From Choristocarpus tenellus KU-1152 (Eukaryota > Protista > Phaeophyceae): a stretch of DNA of 32,342 nucleotides. Both the position numbers and the translations under genes were made by a program. Shown here in pieces: positions 1-11,028 of the stretch. Each line of letters opens with the position of its first letter. Positions within the stretch are counted from its first letter, which is position 1. Below the pieces are notes generated by a model. That model did not search any database. It worked only from the letters and a program-made list of their open reading frames with translations, and was not told the origin of the DNA. The stretch spans positions 1 to 32,342 of the forward strand of contig CAXNAD020000071.1 of the NCBI GenBank assembly GCA_964200185.2, given 5' to 3'.

Positions 1-16
1 AGTCCCCTCTTTGGTA
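1..16 (+). tRNA. trnL: 3' part of tRNA-Leu(UAG), continued from the window end (circular junction)
   Basis: AGTCCCCT-CTTTGGT-A completes the T arm (AGGGG-TTCAAGT-CCCCT) and acceptor stem (GCCAAGG/CTTTGGT) of the tRNA starting at 32278. Confidence 0.95.
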
Positions 17-394
17 ATGCCATCTATAAATCAATTATTACGTAAAGCAAGATCTTTAAAAAAAAAAAAAAAAAAAAGTTCCAGTCTTGAAGGTTGTCCT
101 CAAAAACGTGGTATTTGTCTTAAACTTTTTATTAGATCTCCTAAAAAACCTAATTCAGCTAGACGTCGTGTAACACGTCTTAAATTGTCGAACAAATTTA
201 AATTGACAGCATATATCCCGGGTCAAGTAAATAGTTTACAGGAGCATTCGCATGTTCTTGTAAGAGGTGGTAGGGTTCCTGATTTACCTGGTGTTAATTA
301 TCATTTAATTCGTAATAAACTTGATTTAGCTGGTTTAGGTAATCGAAAAAATGCTCGTTCTAAATACGGTACAAAAAAGAGAAAGTTATGGTAA
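17..394 (+). CDS. rps12: ribosomal protein S12
   Basis: [27 protein letters not shown] and RSKYG motifs; ATG at 17 directly follows trnL, and the track's TTG start lies inside the tRNA. Confidence 0.97.
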   Translation: MPSINQLLRKARSLKKKKKKSSSLEGCPQKRGICLKLFIRSPKKPNSARRRVTRLKLSNKFKLTAYIPGQVNSLQEHSHVLVRGGRVPDLPGVNYHLIRNKLDLAGLGNRKNARSKYGTKKRKLW

Positions 395-846
395 AATCTG
401 ATATTATATTACAACCCTGTTTAATTAAAATAAGAAATTTACTTATACGGGATGGTAAAAAATCAAAAGCAGATCGTTTATTGGTTTCTACTTTTTCATT
501 TTTAGAAAAATCTTATCCTGGGGAAAGTAGATCTATTTTTTATCGTGCCATTTCAAATGTACAACCAATAGTGGGTGTTCGCCTTAAAGAACGTCGTGGT
601 CGTAAAAAAACTTCAAATAAAGTGTCTTATTTACCATATTCTATTTCTGCAGCAAGAAGCCAAAATATAGGAATACGATCTTTAATTAAAGCTAGTCGTC
701 GTCATTCTTCTAAATTGTATTATATAAATTTAGCTGAGGAATTTATTTTGGCTTCTCAATTTAAAGGTCAAGCTATTAAAATAAAGCTTCATATTCATGA
801 ACTTGCTAAGAAAAATAGTGATTTTTCTCATTTTCGTTGGAATTAA
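388..846 (+). CDS. rps7: ribosomal protein S7
   Basis: DGKKSKA and HELAKKN..FSHFRW motifs; follows rps12 as in the str operon. Confidence 0.9.
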   Translation: MVKSDIILQPCLIKIRNLLIRDGKKSKADRLLVSTFSFLEKSYPGESRSIFYRAISNVQPIVGVRLKERRGRKKTSNKVSYLPYSISAARSQNIGIRSLIKASRRHSSKLYYINLAEEFILASQFKGQAIKIKLHIHELAKKNSDFSHFRWN

Positions 847-848
847 TA

Positions 849-1151
849 ATGTATCCTATTCAATATTGTTCGCTTACTGTATTAATATTTTTGATTGGTG
901 TAAGTGGTGTTGTTTTGAATCGTACCAATCTTTTATCGGTACTAATCTCCTTAGAACTTGCTCTTTTATCCGTAAGTTTAAATTTTATTATTTTTTCCAT
1001 TTATTTAGATGATATTATAGGACAAGTTTTTGCTCTTTTTATTTTATGTATTGCAGCTTGTGAATCTTCAATTGGTTTAGCTATTATTTTAGTTTATTAT
1101 AGAGTTCGTGGTAGTATTAGAATTGATCATGCTTCTTTAATAAAATCATAA
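849..1151 (+). CDS. nad4L: NADH dehydrogenase subunit 4L
   Basis: LNRTNLL..SLEL, DDIIGQVFAL and AACESSIGLA motifs; ATG at 849. Confidence 0.96.
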   Translation: MYPIQYCSLTVLIFLIGVSGVVLNRTNLLSVLISLELALLSVSLNFIIFSIYLDDIIGQVFALFILCIAACESSIGLAIILVYYRVRGSIRIDHASLIKS

Positions 1152-1165
1152 AATTTCTATAGTTA

Positions 1166-1246
1166 GCTTCTATGATGAAATTGGTAGACATGTAAGATTC
1201 AAAATCTTTTGTTAAAAACGTGCTGGTTCAAGTCCGGCTAGGAGTA
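1166..1246 (+). tRNA. trnL: tRNA-Leu(CAA)
   Basis: acceptor GCTTCTA/TAGGAGT, loop TT-CAA-AA, long variable arm, GGTTCAAGTCC. Confidence 0.92.
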
Positions 1247-1250
1247 TAAA

Positions 1251-1634
1251 ATGATTCATGTAGAAAGTTTTGTTAAGGTAGTTGATAATTCTGGGGCTAA
1301 AATGGCCAAATGTATTAAAGTAAAATCTAAATCAGGACACTCCTTTGCTCGTGTCGGTGATATTGTAGTAGTTTCTATTCAGAGTTTACGTCCGTATTAT
1401 GGTAAAGATAAAATTAAAATCAAAAAATCAGATGTTATGTTAGCTGTGGTAGTTCAGACAAAGTTTTCTTTTAATTCTAAACAATATAGATTTTTAGGGT
1501 TTGATTTAAATTCCGTTGTTTTAATTACTCAAAAAAAAAAAGCTATTGGTACAAGAATTTTTTCTGTTTTACCTCGTTCATTACGTGGAATAAAATGGTC
1601 TAAATTGGCTACTATATCCAAAGCATTAATTTAA
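1251..1634 (+). CDS. rpl14: ribosomal protein L14
   Basis: VVDNSGAKMAKCIKV, VGDIVVVS and GTRIF motifs. Confidence 0.96.
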   Translation: MIHVESFVKVVDNSGAKMAKCIKVKSKSGHSFARVGDIVVVSIQSLRPYYGKDKIKIKKSDVMLAVVVQTKFSFNSKQYRFLGFDLNSVVLITQKKKAIGTRIFSVLPRSLRGIKWSKLATISKALI

Positions 1635-2188
1635 TGTATATTTTTTCTAATCATTATCATGAGGTTATTCAATCTGATTTTTTATTGGTACAACCTTCAA
1701 TTGGATTATATAGTTTTCCGAATATTAATAAAATAGTAATTAGTTTAGGAAGTGATATACAATCAGAAGATAAAATTTTATCTTCTCTTTGTTTTTTAGA
1801 TCTTTTAGGATGTCAAAAACCTTTTTTAACACGAATTAGAATATCTTCAAAATCTAAATTTTTAAATAAAGGTTCTGTAATTGGAGGTAAATCTACTTTA
1901 AGACGGTCTTCCATATATTCATTTTTGCATAAAATTCTATTTGGATTTTTACCTAAAGTTCGTCAATTTGAAGGATTACCTTTGTTAAAACACCCTAAAA
2001 CTTTTAGTTTTATTGTTCAAGATCTTTTTATTTTTGAAGATTTAAGTTTTTTGTTCTCTTTTTTTGAAGATTTAGGTCCATTGTTTATTGATTTTACTTT
2101 TTATTCAAAAAATATAGAACAAACATTTTTTTTAATTCGAAGTTTCCAATTTTGTATTCGCGAAAGTAACTCAGTTGGTAGAGTGTAA
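1634..2188 (+). CDS. rpl5: ribosomal protein L5
   Basis: follows rpl14; P.INKIVI, GCQKP and G.KSTLR motifs; stop codon lies inside trnG. Confidence 0.88.
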   Translation: MYIFSNHYHEVIQSDFLLVQPSIGLYSFPNINKIVISLGSDIQSEDKILSSLCFLDLLGCQKPFLTRIRISSKSKFLNKGSVIGGKSTLRRSSIYSFLHKILFGFLPKVRQFEGLPLLKHPKTFSFIVQDLFIFEDLSFLFSFFEDLGPLFIDFTFYSKNIEQTFFLIRSFQFCIRESNSVGRV

Positions 2189-2232
2189 GCTTGCCATGCT
2201 TAAAGTCGAGGGTTCAAATCTCTTCTTTCGCT
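2160..2232 (+). tRNA. trnG: tRNA-Gly(GCC)
   Basis: acceptor GCGAAAG/CTTTCGC, anticodon arm TAAGC-TTGCCAT-GCTTA. Confidence 0.95.
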
Positions 2233-2234
2233 AA

Positions 2235-2489
<255 letters not shown>

Positions 2490-2494
2490 GATTA

Positions 2495-2893
2495 TTAAAT
2501 TAATCCATCTTTAATTTTTTTTTTAAGATTACTTTTTAAAATACAAATATGAATAAATTTGTATTGTAAATTTATTATTTTATTTTGTATTTGAATTTTA
2601 TTATAGAATTTTTCATTTATATAACACCCATATATATTATTATTTATTAAATTTATAATATTATTTATATCTTTATATTGTAAAATACCAACATTGTTTC
2701 CTATTATTGTTTTTATATTTATATGTTTCATATTGGAGGTTGAAAGCTTAGTTATTTTTAAATTTTTAAAAGTTTGTTTTAGTTTTATAATTTGATTGTT
2801 TTTTATATTAGCCCAGTTAATAATAATAAAAAATTTTTCTTTACTCAAAAATTTAAGTTTTAGTTTTTTGTAAATATTTCTTAATTTTTTCAT
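2495..2893 (-). CDS. highly divergent AT-rich basic ORF, candidate ribosomal protein L10
   Basis: 132-aa ORF directly downstream of rpl16 in the reverse-strand r-protein cluster; size and weak pattern (FFIII.W.NI....I.KLKQ) fit L10, but no firm motif is visible. Confidence 0.5.
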   Translation of the reverse strand: MKKLRNIYKKLKLKFLSKEKFFIIINWANIKNNQIIKLKQTFKNLKITKLSTSNMKHINIKTIIGNNVGILQYKDINNIINLINNNIYGCYINEKFYNKIQIQNKIINLQYKFIHICILKSNLKKKIKDGLI

Positions 2894-2895
2894 TT

Positions 2896-3315
2896 TTAAA
2901 AGCTATTATACACAATTTTAGTTTTAATGGGAAGTTTATTACTTCCATTTTTTAAAGCTTCCTTACCTTCTTTTTTTGGAATTCCTGCTAAAATAAAAAT
3001 AGGTTTCCCAGGATTAACTCGTCCAATCCATAATTCTACTTTACCTTTACCTTTACCTATTCTTGAGGAGGATGCCTTATGACTAATTCCCAAATCAGGT
3101 AATAAACAAATTCTTAGTTGACCTTTACGCTTTAATTTACGCCTAATACTTTGTCTTGCTGCTTCTAATTGTCTTCCTGTTAGATGACCTGATTCTAGAG
3201 CTATTGTTATAATGGTTGATTTTGGTTCTAGATTTTGATTTGTATTTTTTATTTTGTCTGATTTTCGAGGTTTGAAGAATTTTTGAAATTTTATTTTTTT
3301 TGGTTGTAAAAACAT
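2896..3315 (-). CDS. rpl16: ribosomal protein L16
   Basis: MFLQPKKIKF.K, QLEAARQ, R(M)GKGKG and KLPIKTK motifs. Confidence 0.96.
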   Translation of the reverse strand: MFLQPKKIKFQKFFKPRKSDKIKNTNQNLEPKSTIITIALESGHLTGRQLEAARQSIRRKLKRKGQLRICLLPDLGISHKASSSRIGKGKGKVELWIGRVNPGKPIFILAGIPKKEGKEALKNGSNKLPIKTKIVYNSF

Positions 3316-4165
3316 ATTTAATTTTTTTTCTTTTTTTTTGATTAGGGCATACCCATACTTTAAAACCTACACTACCGTAAGCTGTTTGGGTATCTTTAAA
3401 AATAGCTTGAATAGGTGTTTGGATTTGTTGTAATTGTAAACGTCCTAACTGATATTTCCATTTTATACTTCGTCCTTTAGGTTTATGGGAGTATCTTCCG
3501 TGTATATAAATACGTAGTCCTTCAATTTTATGTTTTGATACAAACGAATTAAAACCTTCTTTTAAAAATTTAAGAAATTCAAAATGTCTTTTTCTTTTTT
3601 GTTTACTTCGAAGTTGTTTTATTAAAAAAAAACTTAAGCTAAGAGCACTAGCTTTACCTTGTGCTACTAAGTTTATTAGTTGAAGTCCTGCACGTGCGTA
3701 AGGGTATTTTGTAATATTAAATCTTTTTATGTAAAAACTTATTTTTTGTCTTACAATTTTAGGTACTTCTCTGGTATATGTTTTAATTCGTTTAATTTTA
3801 AATTTAATTTTTTTGCAACCTGTTAATTTTTGGATTATTGGTTGTACTTTCTTAAATCGGAAAGCTAATTGTGGCCAAGAAGCACTCTTTTTAGTTTTTT
3901 TTTTAGTAGCTCTTTTTCTTTTAAAACGTTTATTTTTAGCTGTAGGATGTAAATGAATTAATTTCAATTCTATAAGAATAAAATCATGAAAACGACTTAA
4001 TTTTAATTCATCAATATAGATTGGGGTATTACGCGCACAAGCTTGTAATAATTTAGTAATCTGTATATTTAAATGGTGAAATTGTGCATGATTCCAATGA
4101 GCGCATCCTTGAGATGCGCCATAATCTGGACGAAGGCTGGATGGATGTGTTTGTTGTGCTATCAT
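3143..4165 (-). CDS. rps3: ribosomal protein S3 (3' end runs into rpl16)
   Basis: AQQTHPSSLR N-terminus, EGLRIYIHGR and TAYGSVGFKVWV C-terminal domain; lies between rps19 and rpl16. Confidence 0.9.
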   Translation of the reverse strand: MIAQQTHPSSLRPDYGASQGCAHWNHAQFHHLNIQITKLLQACARNTPIYIDELKLSRFHDFILIELKLIHLHPTAKNKRFKRKRATKKKTKKSASWPQLAFRFKKVQPIIQKLTGCKKIKFKIKRIKTYTREVPKIVRQKISFYIKRFNITKYPYARAGLQLINLVAQGKASALSLSFFLIKQLRSKQKRKRHFEFLKFLKEGFNSFVSKHKIEGLRIYIHGRYSHKPKGRSIKWKYQLGRLQLQQIQTPIQAIFKDTQTAYGSVGFKVWVCPNQKKRKKIKYVFTTKKNKISKILQTSKIRQNKKYKSKSRTKINHYNNSSRIRSSNRKTIRSSKTKY

Positions 4166-4419
4166 GTATTTTTTTTACGTATTTTTTTTTTTTGTGCATT
4201 ATAATTTTTTCTACTTGGAGAAAACTCACCTAGTTTATGCCCTACTATTTCTTGGGTGATTAATTTTGTAGTTACTTTTTGTCCGTTATGGATTTTAATT
4301 TTTGTTCCTACAAGAGGAGGTAAAATAGTTGAACGACGTGACCAGCAAATTTTTTTATTTTTTAAGTATTTAAGTACACTTAATTCGATATAAGGTAATT
4401 TCCATTTAGATCTTGGCAT
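4162..4419 (-). CDS. rps19: ribosomal protein S19
   Basis: MPRSKWK, WSRRSTILP, HNG and VGHKLGEF motifs. Confidence 0.97.
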   Translation of the reverse strand: MPRSKWKLPYIELSVLKYLKNKKICWSRRSTILPPLVGTKIKIHNGQKVTTKLITQEIVGHKLGEFSPSRKNYNAQKKKIRKKNT

Positions 4420-4444
4420 ATAATTATAATTTTAGATGTTTAGT

Positions 4445-5170
4445 TTATTTTCCTTTGGTAGGTTTACCCCATGGTGTTACAGATGGACGTCCTCCTGATG
4501 TTTTTCCTTCCCCCCCCCCATGTGGGTGATCTACCGGATTTATAGCGACTCCTCTTACAATGGGTCGGAATCCGAGCCAACGTGTTTTTCCTGCTTTTCC
4601 AATTTTTATTAAATGGTGGTTTTGATTGGATACAATACCCAAACACGCGATAGTATTTAGGTTAAACCATCTATATTGTCCTGATTTTAGTCGTACTTGC
4701 CCAAAATTATGTGTTTTTTGTAACAATTGACCAAAAGCACCTGGTGCTCTTATTATTTGTCCTTTCCCTCCGGGTTTGTTACATAGATTATGAATTAAAC
4801 TTCCAGTTGTAATATTTTGTAAATATTGACTATATCCATTTTGTCCTTGATCTGATCGTGATCGAATTATATCCCCCTTTTTTATATTAGTTGTTGCTAG
4901 AATATAATTATGTTGTTTATTATCTGGGTCAAAAATACGTCCTAAAAAAGCAGATCGATTTGGATCGTATTCTAATCCTATTACAATACCTTTTGTTGAA
5001 ATACGAGTAAAATCTACATTACGATATAATCTGGAATGCCCTCCTCCTCGGTGCCAAACAGTAATTTTACCTTGATTATTTCGTCCAGTAGATTTTATTT
5101 TTGGTGAAGTTTTTGATTTTAATTTTTTATCTTTAATAAAAATTGTATTTAATTTTGATTTAATTCTCAT
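4445..5170 (-). CDS. rpl2: ribosomal protein L2
   Basis: GRNNQGKITVWHRGGG, EYDPNRSA and NPVDHPHGGGEGK..TPWGKP motifs. Confidence 0.98.
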   Translation of the reverse strand: MRIKSKLNTIFIKDKKLKSKTSPKIKSTGRNNQGKITVWHRGGGHSRLYRNVDFTRISTKGIVIGLEYDPNRSAFLGRIFDPDNKQHNYILATTNIKKGDIIRSRSDQGQNGYSQYLQNITTGSLIHNLCNKPGGKGQIIRAPGAFGQLLQKTHNFGQVRLKSGQYRWFNLNTIACLGIVSNQNHHLIKIGKAGKTRWLGFRPIVRGVAINPVDHPHGGGEGKTSGGRPSVTPWGKPTKGK

Positions 5171-5181
5171 ATTTTTATAAT

Positions 5182-5532
5182 ATGTCTTATATTGCTGGTA
5201 AAGCTCTTTCTGAAAATAAAATGTTGGTTAAAGCTTTATCCCATATTTTTGGGATTGGTTTTTATCAATCTAAAATTGTATGTCAAAAAGCAGGTTTAAG
5301 TCCAGATGCCCGTCTTAGGGATTTGAATTTAGATCGTAAAAAAGAATTTATTTCTTTTGTAGAAGGATTACCTCTTGTTTTAGGTAAAGATTTATCTCGA
5401 TTTAATAAAGATCATATTCGTCTTTTAAAACGTATTAATTGTTATCGTGGTATAAGGCATCGTAAAGGTTTACCGGTTCGTGGACAACGTACCCATACTA
5501 ATTCAAAACCTCGCAAAATTCTTAAATTTTAA
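5182..5532 (+). CDS. rps13: ribosomal protein S13
   Basis: IFGIG and CYRGIRHRKGLPVRGQRTHTN motifs. Confidence 0.97.
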   Translation: MSYIAGKALSENKMLVKALSHIFGIGFYQSKIVCQKAGLSPDARLRDLNLDRKKEFISFVEGLPLVLGKDLSRFNKDHIRLLKRINCYRGIRHRKGLPVRGQRTHTNSKPRKILKF

Positions 5533-5589
5533 TTGTCTTAGTAATCGCAATATAAGGAATATATAAAATTTTTAATATAAATTAATAAA

Positions 5590-5994
5590 ATGTCTTATAA
5601 TAAAAAAGCTTTTCTTTTTATTTATTCTTCAAGGAGAAATCTTTTTTGCAGTTTAATTGATCCAGTTTTTAAAAAAGTAATAATTAGTTGGTCTTTAGGA
5701 AGTTTAGAAAAAGTTAAATGGAAAAAATCAATTTCTCTTGGCAGTTCCCATATAGGAGAATTTTTGTCTGAAAAACTTACCCAATTGGGTTATAATAGTA
5801 TTTTTATTTATTCACGTGGTTTAGGGAAGGGTAATATTTCTTTTATTCGATCTATTACTAAATCAGGCTTACATCTAATATGTTTTATTGAAAATACAGA
5901 ATTATCGCATAATGGTTGTCGTCCTTCTAAATTACGTAGGAAAAAAAACAAGACTCATCGTAATGATAATATGTTAGAAAATAAGAAGAAGTGA
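5590..5994 (+). CDS. rps11: ribosomal protein S11
   Basis: follows rps13; HNGCRP motif; TGA stop lies inside trnY. Confidence 0.9.
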   Translation: MSYNKKAFLFIYSSRRNLFCSLIDPVFKKVIISWSLGSLEKVKWKKSISLGSSHIGEFLSEKLTQLGYNSIFIYSRGLGKGNISFIRSITKSGLHLICFIENTELSHNGCRPSKLRRKKNKTHRNDNMLENKKK

Positions 5995-6066
5995 CTGAGG
6001 GGTTAAAAGTGGCAGATTGTAAATCTGTTGGTTATTCCATCGTAGGTTCAAATCCTACCTTCTTCT
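5985..6066 (+). tRNA. trnY: tRNA-Tyr(GUA)
   Basis: acceptor GAAGAAG/CTTCTTC, GCAGA-TTGTAAA-TCTGT, long variable arm. Confidence 0.94.
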
Positions 6067-6092
6067 TAGGAATTAGGGTGTTTTAAAATATT

Positions 6093-6896
6093 GTGAAATC
6101 TTTATCAACAAGTCAACGCCATCCTTTTCACCTTGTTGATCCGAGTCCTTGGCCTTTAGTGGCTGCTTTAGGTGCTTTAAATCTTACATTTGGTGGAGTG
6201 ATGTATTTACATAATTATAGTGGTGGTGGTAAACTATTGTCTCTTGGTGTGTTGACAATTTTGTTTGTGATGTTTACTTGGTGGAGGGATATTATCCGTG
6301 AAGCTTCTTTTGAGGGTCAGCATACTCTTGCAGTTCAAGATGGTCTTCGTATGGGTATAATTCTTTTTATTATTTCTGAGGTTATATTTTTTTTTGCTTT
6401 TTTTTGGGCTTTTTTTCATTCCTCTTTAGCTCCTACTTTTAATATTGGGGGCGTTTGGCCACCTAAAGGTATTCAAGTTATTAGTCCTTGGGGATTACCT
6501 CTTTTAAATACTTTTCTTTTATTATCTTCTGGTGCTAGTGTTACTTGGGCTCATTATGCTATTGTTGCAGGTAGTCGTGGGCAATCTTTGATTTCTCTAG
6601 TTGTAACTTTATTTTTTGCAATTAGTTTCACTTTATTACAGGTTATAGAATATTTTAATGCTCCTTTTGGTATATCTGATGGTATTTATGGGTCTTGTTT
6701 TTATTTAGCTACAGGTTTTCATGGTTTTCATGTTATTGTTGGTACTATTTTTTTAGCTATTTGTGGTCTAAGGCTTTATTTTCATCATTTTAGTCGTGAA
6801 CACCATTTTGGTTTTGAGGCTGCTGTATGGTATTGGCATTTTGTTGATGTGGTTTGGTTATTTCTTTTTGTAACCATTTATTGGTGGGGATCTTAA
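6093..6896 (+). CDS. cox3: cytochrome c oxidase subunit 3 (GTG start)
   Basis: [20 protein letters not shown] and [13 protein letters not shown] motifs; in-frame TAA at 6084 leaves no ATG before the conserved N-terminus. Confidence 0.98.
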   Translation: MKSLSTSQRHPFHLVDPSPWPLVAALGALNLTFGGVMYLHNYSGGGKLLSLGVLTILFVMFTWWRDIIREASFEGQHTLAVQDGLRMGIILFIISEVIFFFAFFWAFFHSSLAPTFNIGGVWPPKGIQVISPWGLPLLNTFLLLSSGASVTWAHYAIVAGSRGQSLISLVVTLFFAISFTLLQVIEYFNAPFGISDGIYGSCFYLATGFHGFHVIVGTIFLAICGLRLYFHHFSREHHFGFEAAVWYWHFVDVVWLFLFVTIYWWGS

Positions 6897-6903
6897 TAAC
6901 ATT

Positions 6904-7653
6904 ATGGTACAAAGTCCATTAGAACAGTTTCAAATTTTACCTATTTTTAGTCTTGGCCTTGGTCCAATCGATATTTCGATCACAAATGCCATGTTAACTA
7001 CTATTTTAATACTTGGTTTCAGTTTTCTTCTTCTATATTCTTTGTCTTTTTACAGATTAGGTTTGGTACCTGGTCGTTGGCAATTATTATTTGAATCTTT
7101 ATATACTATAACTACTGGTTTAGTATGGGATAGTATTGGTCAAAGAGGTCAAAAATATTTCCCTTTTATTTTTGTTTTATTTAGTTTTATTTTAATGGCT
7201 AATATCTCAGGTTTAATTCCTTATACTTTTACTATTACGAGTCATTTAATTCAAACTTTAGTATTAGCCATTATGGTTTTTTTAGGAGTTATTATTATTT
7301 GTGCGTCTACTCACGGTTTTCATATGCTTAGCTTATTTTTACCTGGTGGTACTTCTTTAGTATTAGCTTTTTTATTAGTTCCTATTGAATTAGTATCATA
7401 TATTTTTAAACCTTTAAGTTTAGCTGTTCGTCTTTTTGCTAATATAATGGCTGGTCATACCTTGTTGAAGGTTATTGCAGGTTTTGCTTGGGCTATAATA
7501 GGAAGTGGGGGATTTCTTCTAATTGCTCATATTTTACCTTTAGTCGTTTTAATTATTCTATTTGGTTTAGAATTAGCTGTGGCTCTCATTCAGGCTTATG
7601 TTTTTACCATTTTAACGACTATTTATATTAATGATGCTATTGTTCTTCATTAA
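6904..7653 (+). CDS. atp6: ATP synthase subunit 6 (a)
   Basis: SPLEQF, SLAVRLFAN(M)MAGH and ELAVALIQAYVF motifs. Confidence 0.98.
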   Translation: MVQSPLEQFQILPIFSLGLGPIDISITNAMLTTILILGFSFLLLYSLSFYRLGLVPGRWQLLFESLYTITTGLVWDSIGQRGQKYFPFIFVLFSFILMANISGLIPYTFTITSHLIQTLVLAIMVFLGVIIICASTHGFHMLSLFLPGGTSLVLAFLLVPIELVSYIFKPLSLAVRLFANIMAGHTLLKVIAGFAWAIIGSGGFLLIAHILPLVVLIILFGLELAVALIQAYVFTILTTIYINDAIVLH

Positions 7654-7710
7654 TTATAAAATATTTTGATTCGGTATATTTTATTCTCATTTTATAATCA
7701 TGATATGAGA

Positions 7711-7784
7711 GCATTTTTAGCTCAGTTGGATAGAGCGGCGGTTTTCTAAACCGATGGACGTAGGTTCAAGCCCTATAAGATGTT
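7711..7784 (+). tRNA. trnR: tRNA-Arg(UCU)
   Basis: acceptor GCATTTT/AAGATGT, loop TT-TCT-AA. Confidence 0.93.
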
Positions 7785-7788
7785 TCGG

Positions 7789-10813
<3,025 letters not shown>

Positions 10814-10854
10814 AATTTTGTTTTTAAAGTATTCCGAAGATAGCTATTTCTCAA

Positions 10855-10934
10855 TAGCTTAGGGGTTAATGTGTCACTTAATAAGGTCGATTTTATAATA
10901 TATAATATCGGAGGTTCAAATCCTCCTCACATTA
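10855..10934 (+). pseudogene. degenerate tRNA-like element
   Basis: perfect T arm GGAGG-TTCAAAT-CCTCC, D-arm-like TAGCTTAGGGGTTA, TAATGTG/CACATTA pairing, but no coherent cloverleaf. Confidence 0.6.
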
Positions 10935-10955
10935 AATGTCTAAATTTATTTAATA

Positions 10956-11027
10956 AGGCCTATAACTCAGGGGTAGAGTATACGCCTGATAAGCGTAAAG
11001 TCAGTAGTTCAAATCTACTTAGGCCTA
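10956..11027 (+). tRNA. trnI: tRNA-Ile(GAU)
   Basis: acceptor AGGCCTA/TAGGCCT, TACGC-CTGATAA-GCGTA. Confidence 0.96.
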
Positions 11028-11028
11028 C

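Noticed and set aside
797-1012. 71-aa ORF
   Set aside because: Alternative frame across rps7 and nad4L with no motif
4510-4519. C10 run (G10 on the minus strand)
   Set aside because: Explained by the conserved HGGGE motif of Rpl2
4464-4646. 60-aa minus-strand ORF
   Set aside because: Out-of-frame shadow inside rpl2
6234-6419. Antisense ORFs here and at 11388-11588, 16581-16811 and 30509-30697
   Set aside because: Lys-rich mirror frames of T-rich membrane-protein genes with no independent support
10861-10934. Mitochondrial tmRNA interpretation of the tRNA-like elements (also 26990-27041)
   Set aside because: Neither acceptor-like stem has the G3.U70 alanine identity pair; kept only as a covariance-model test
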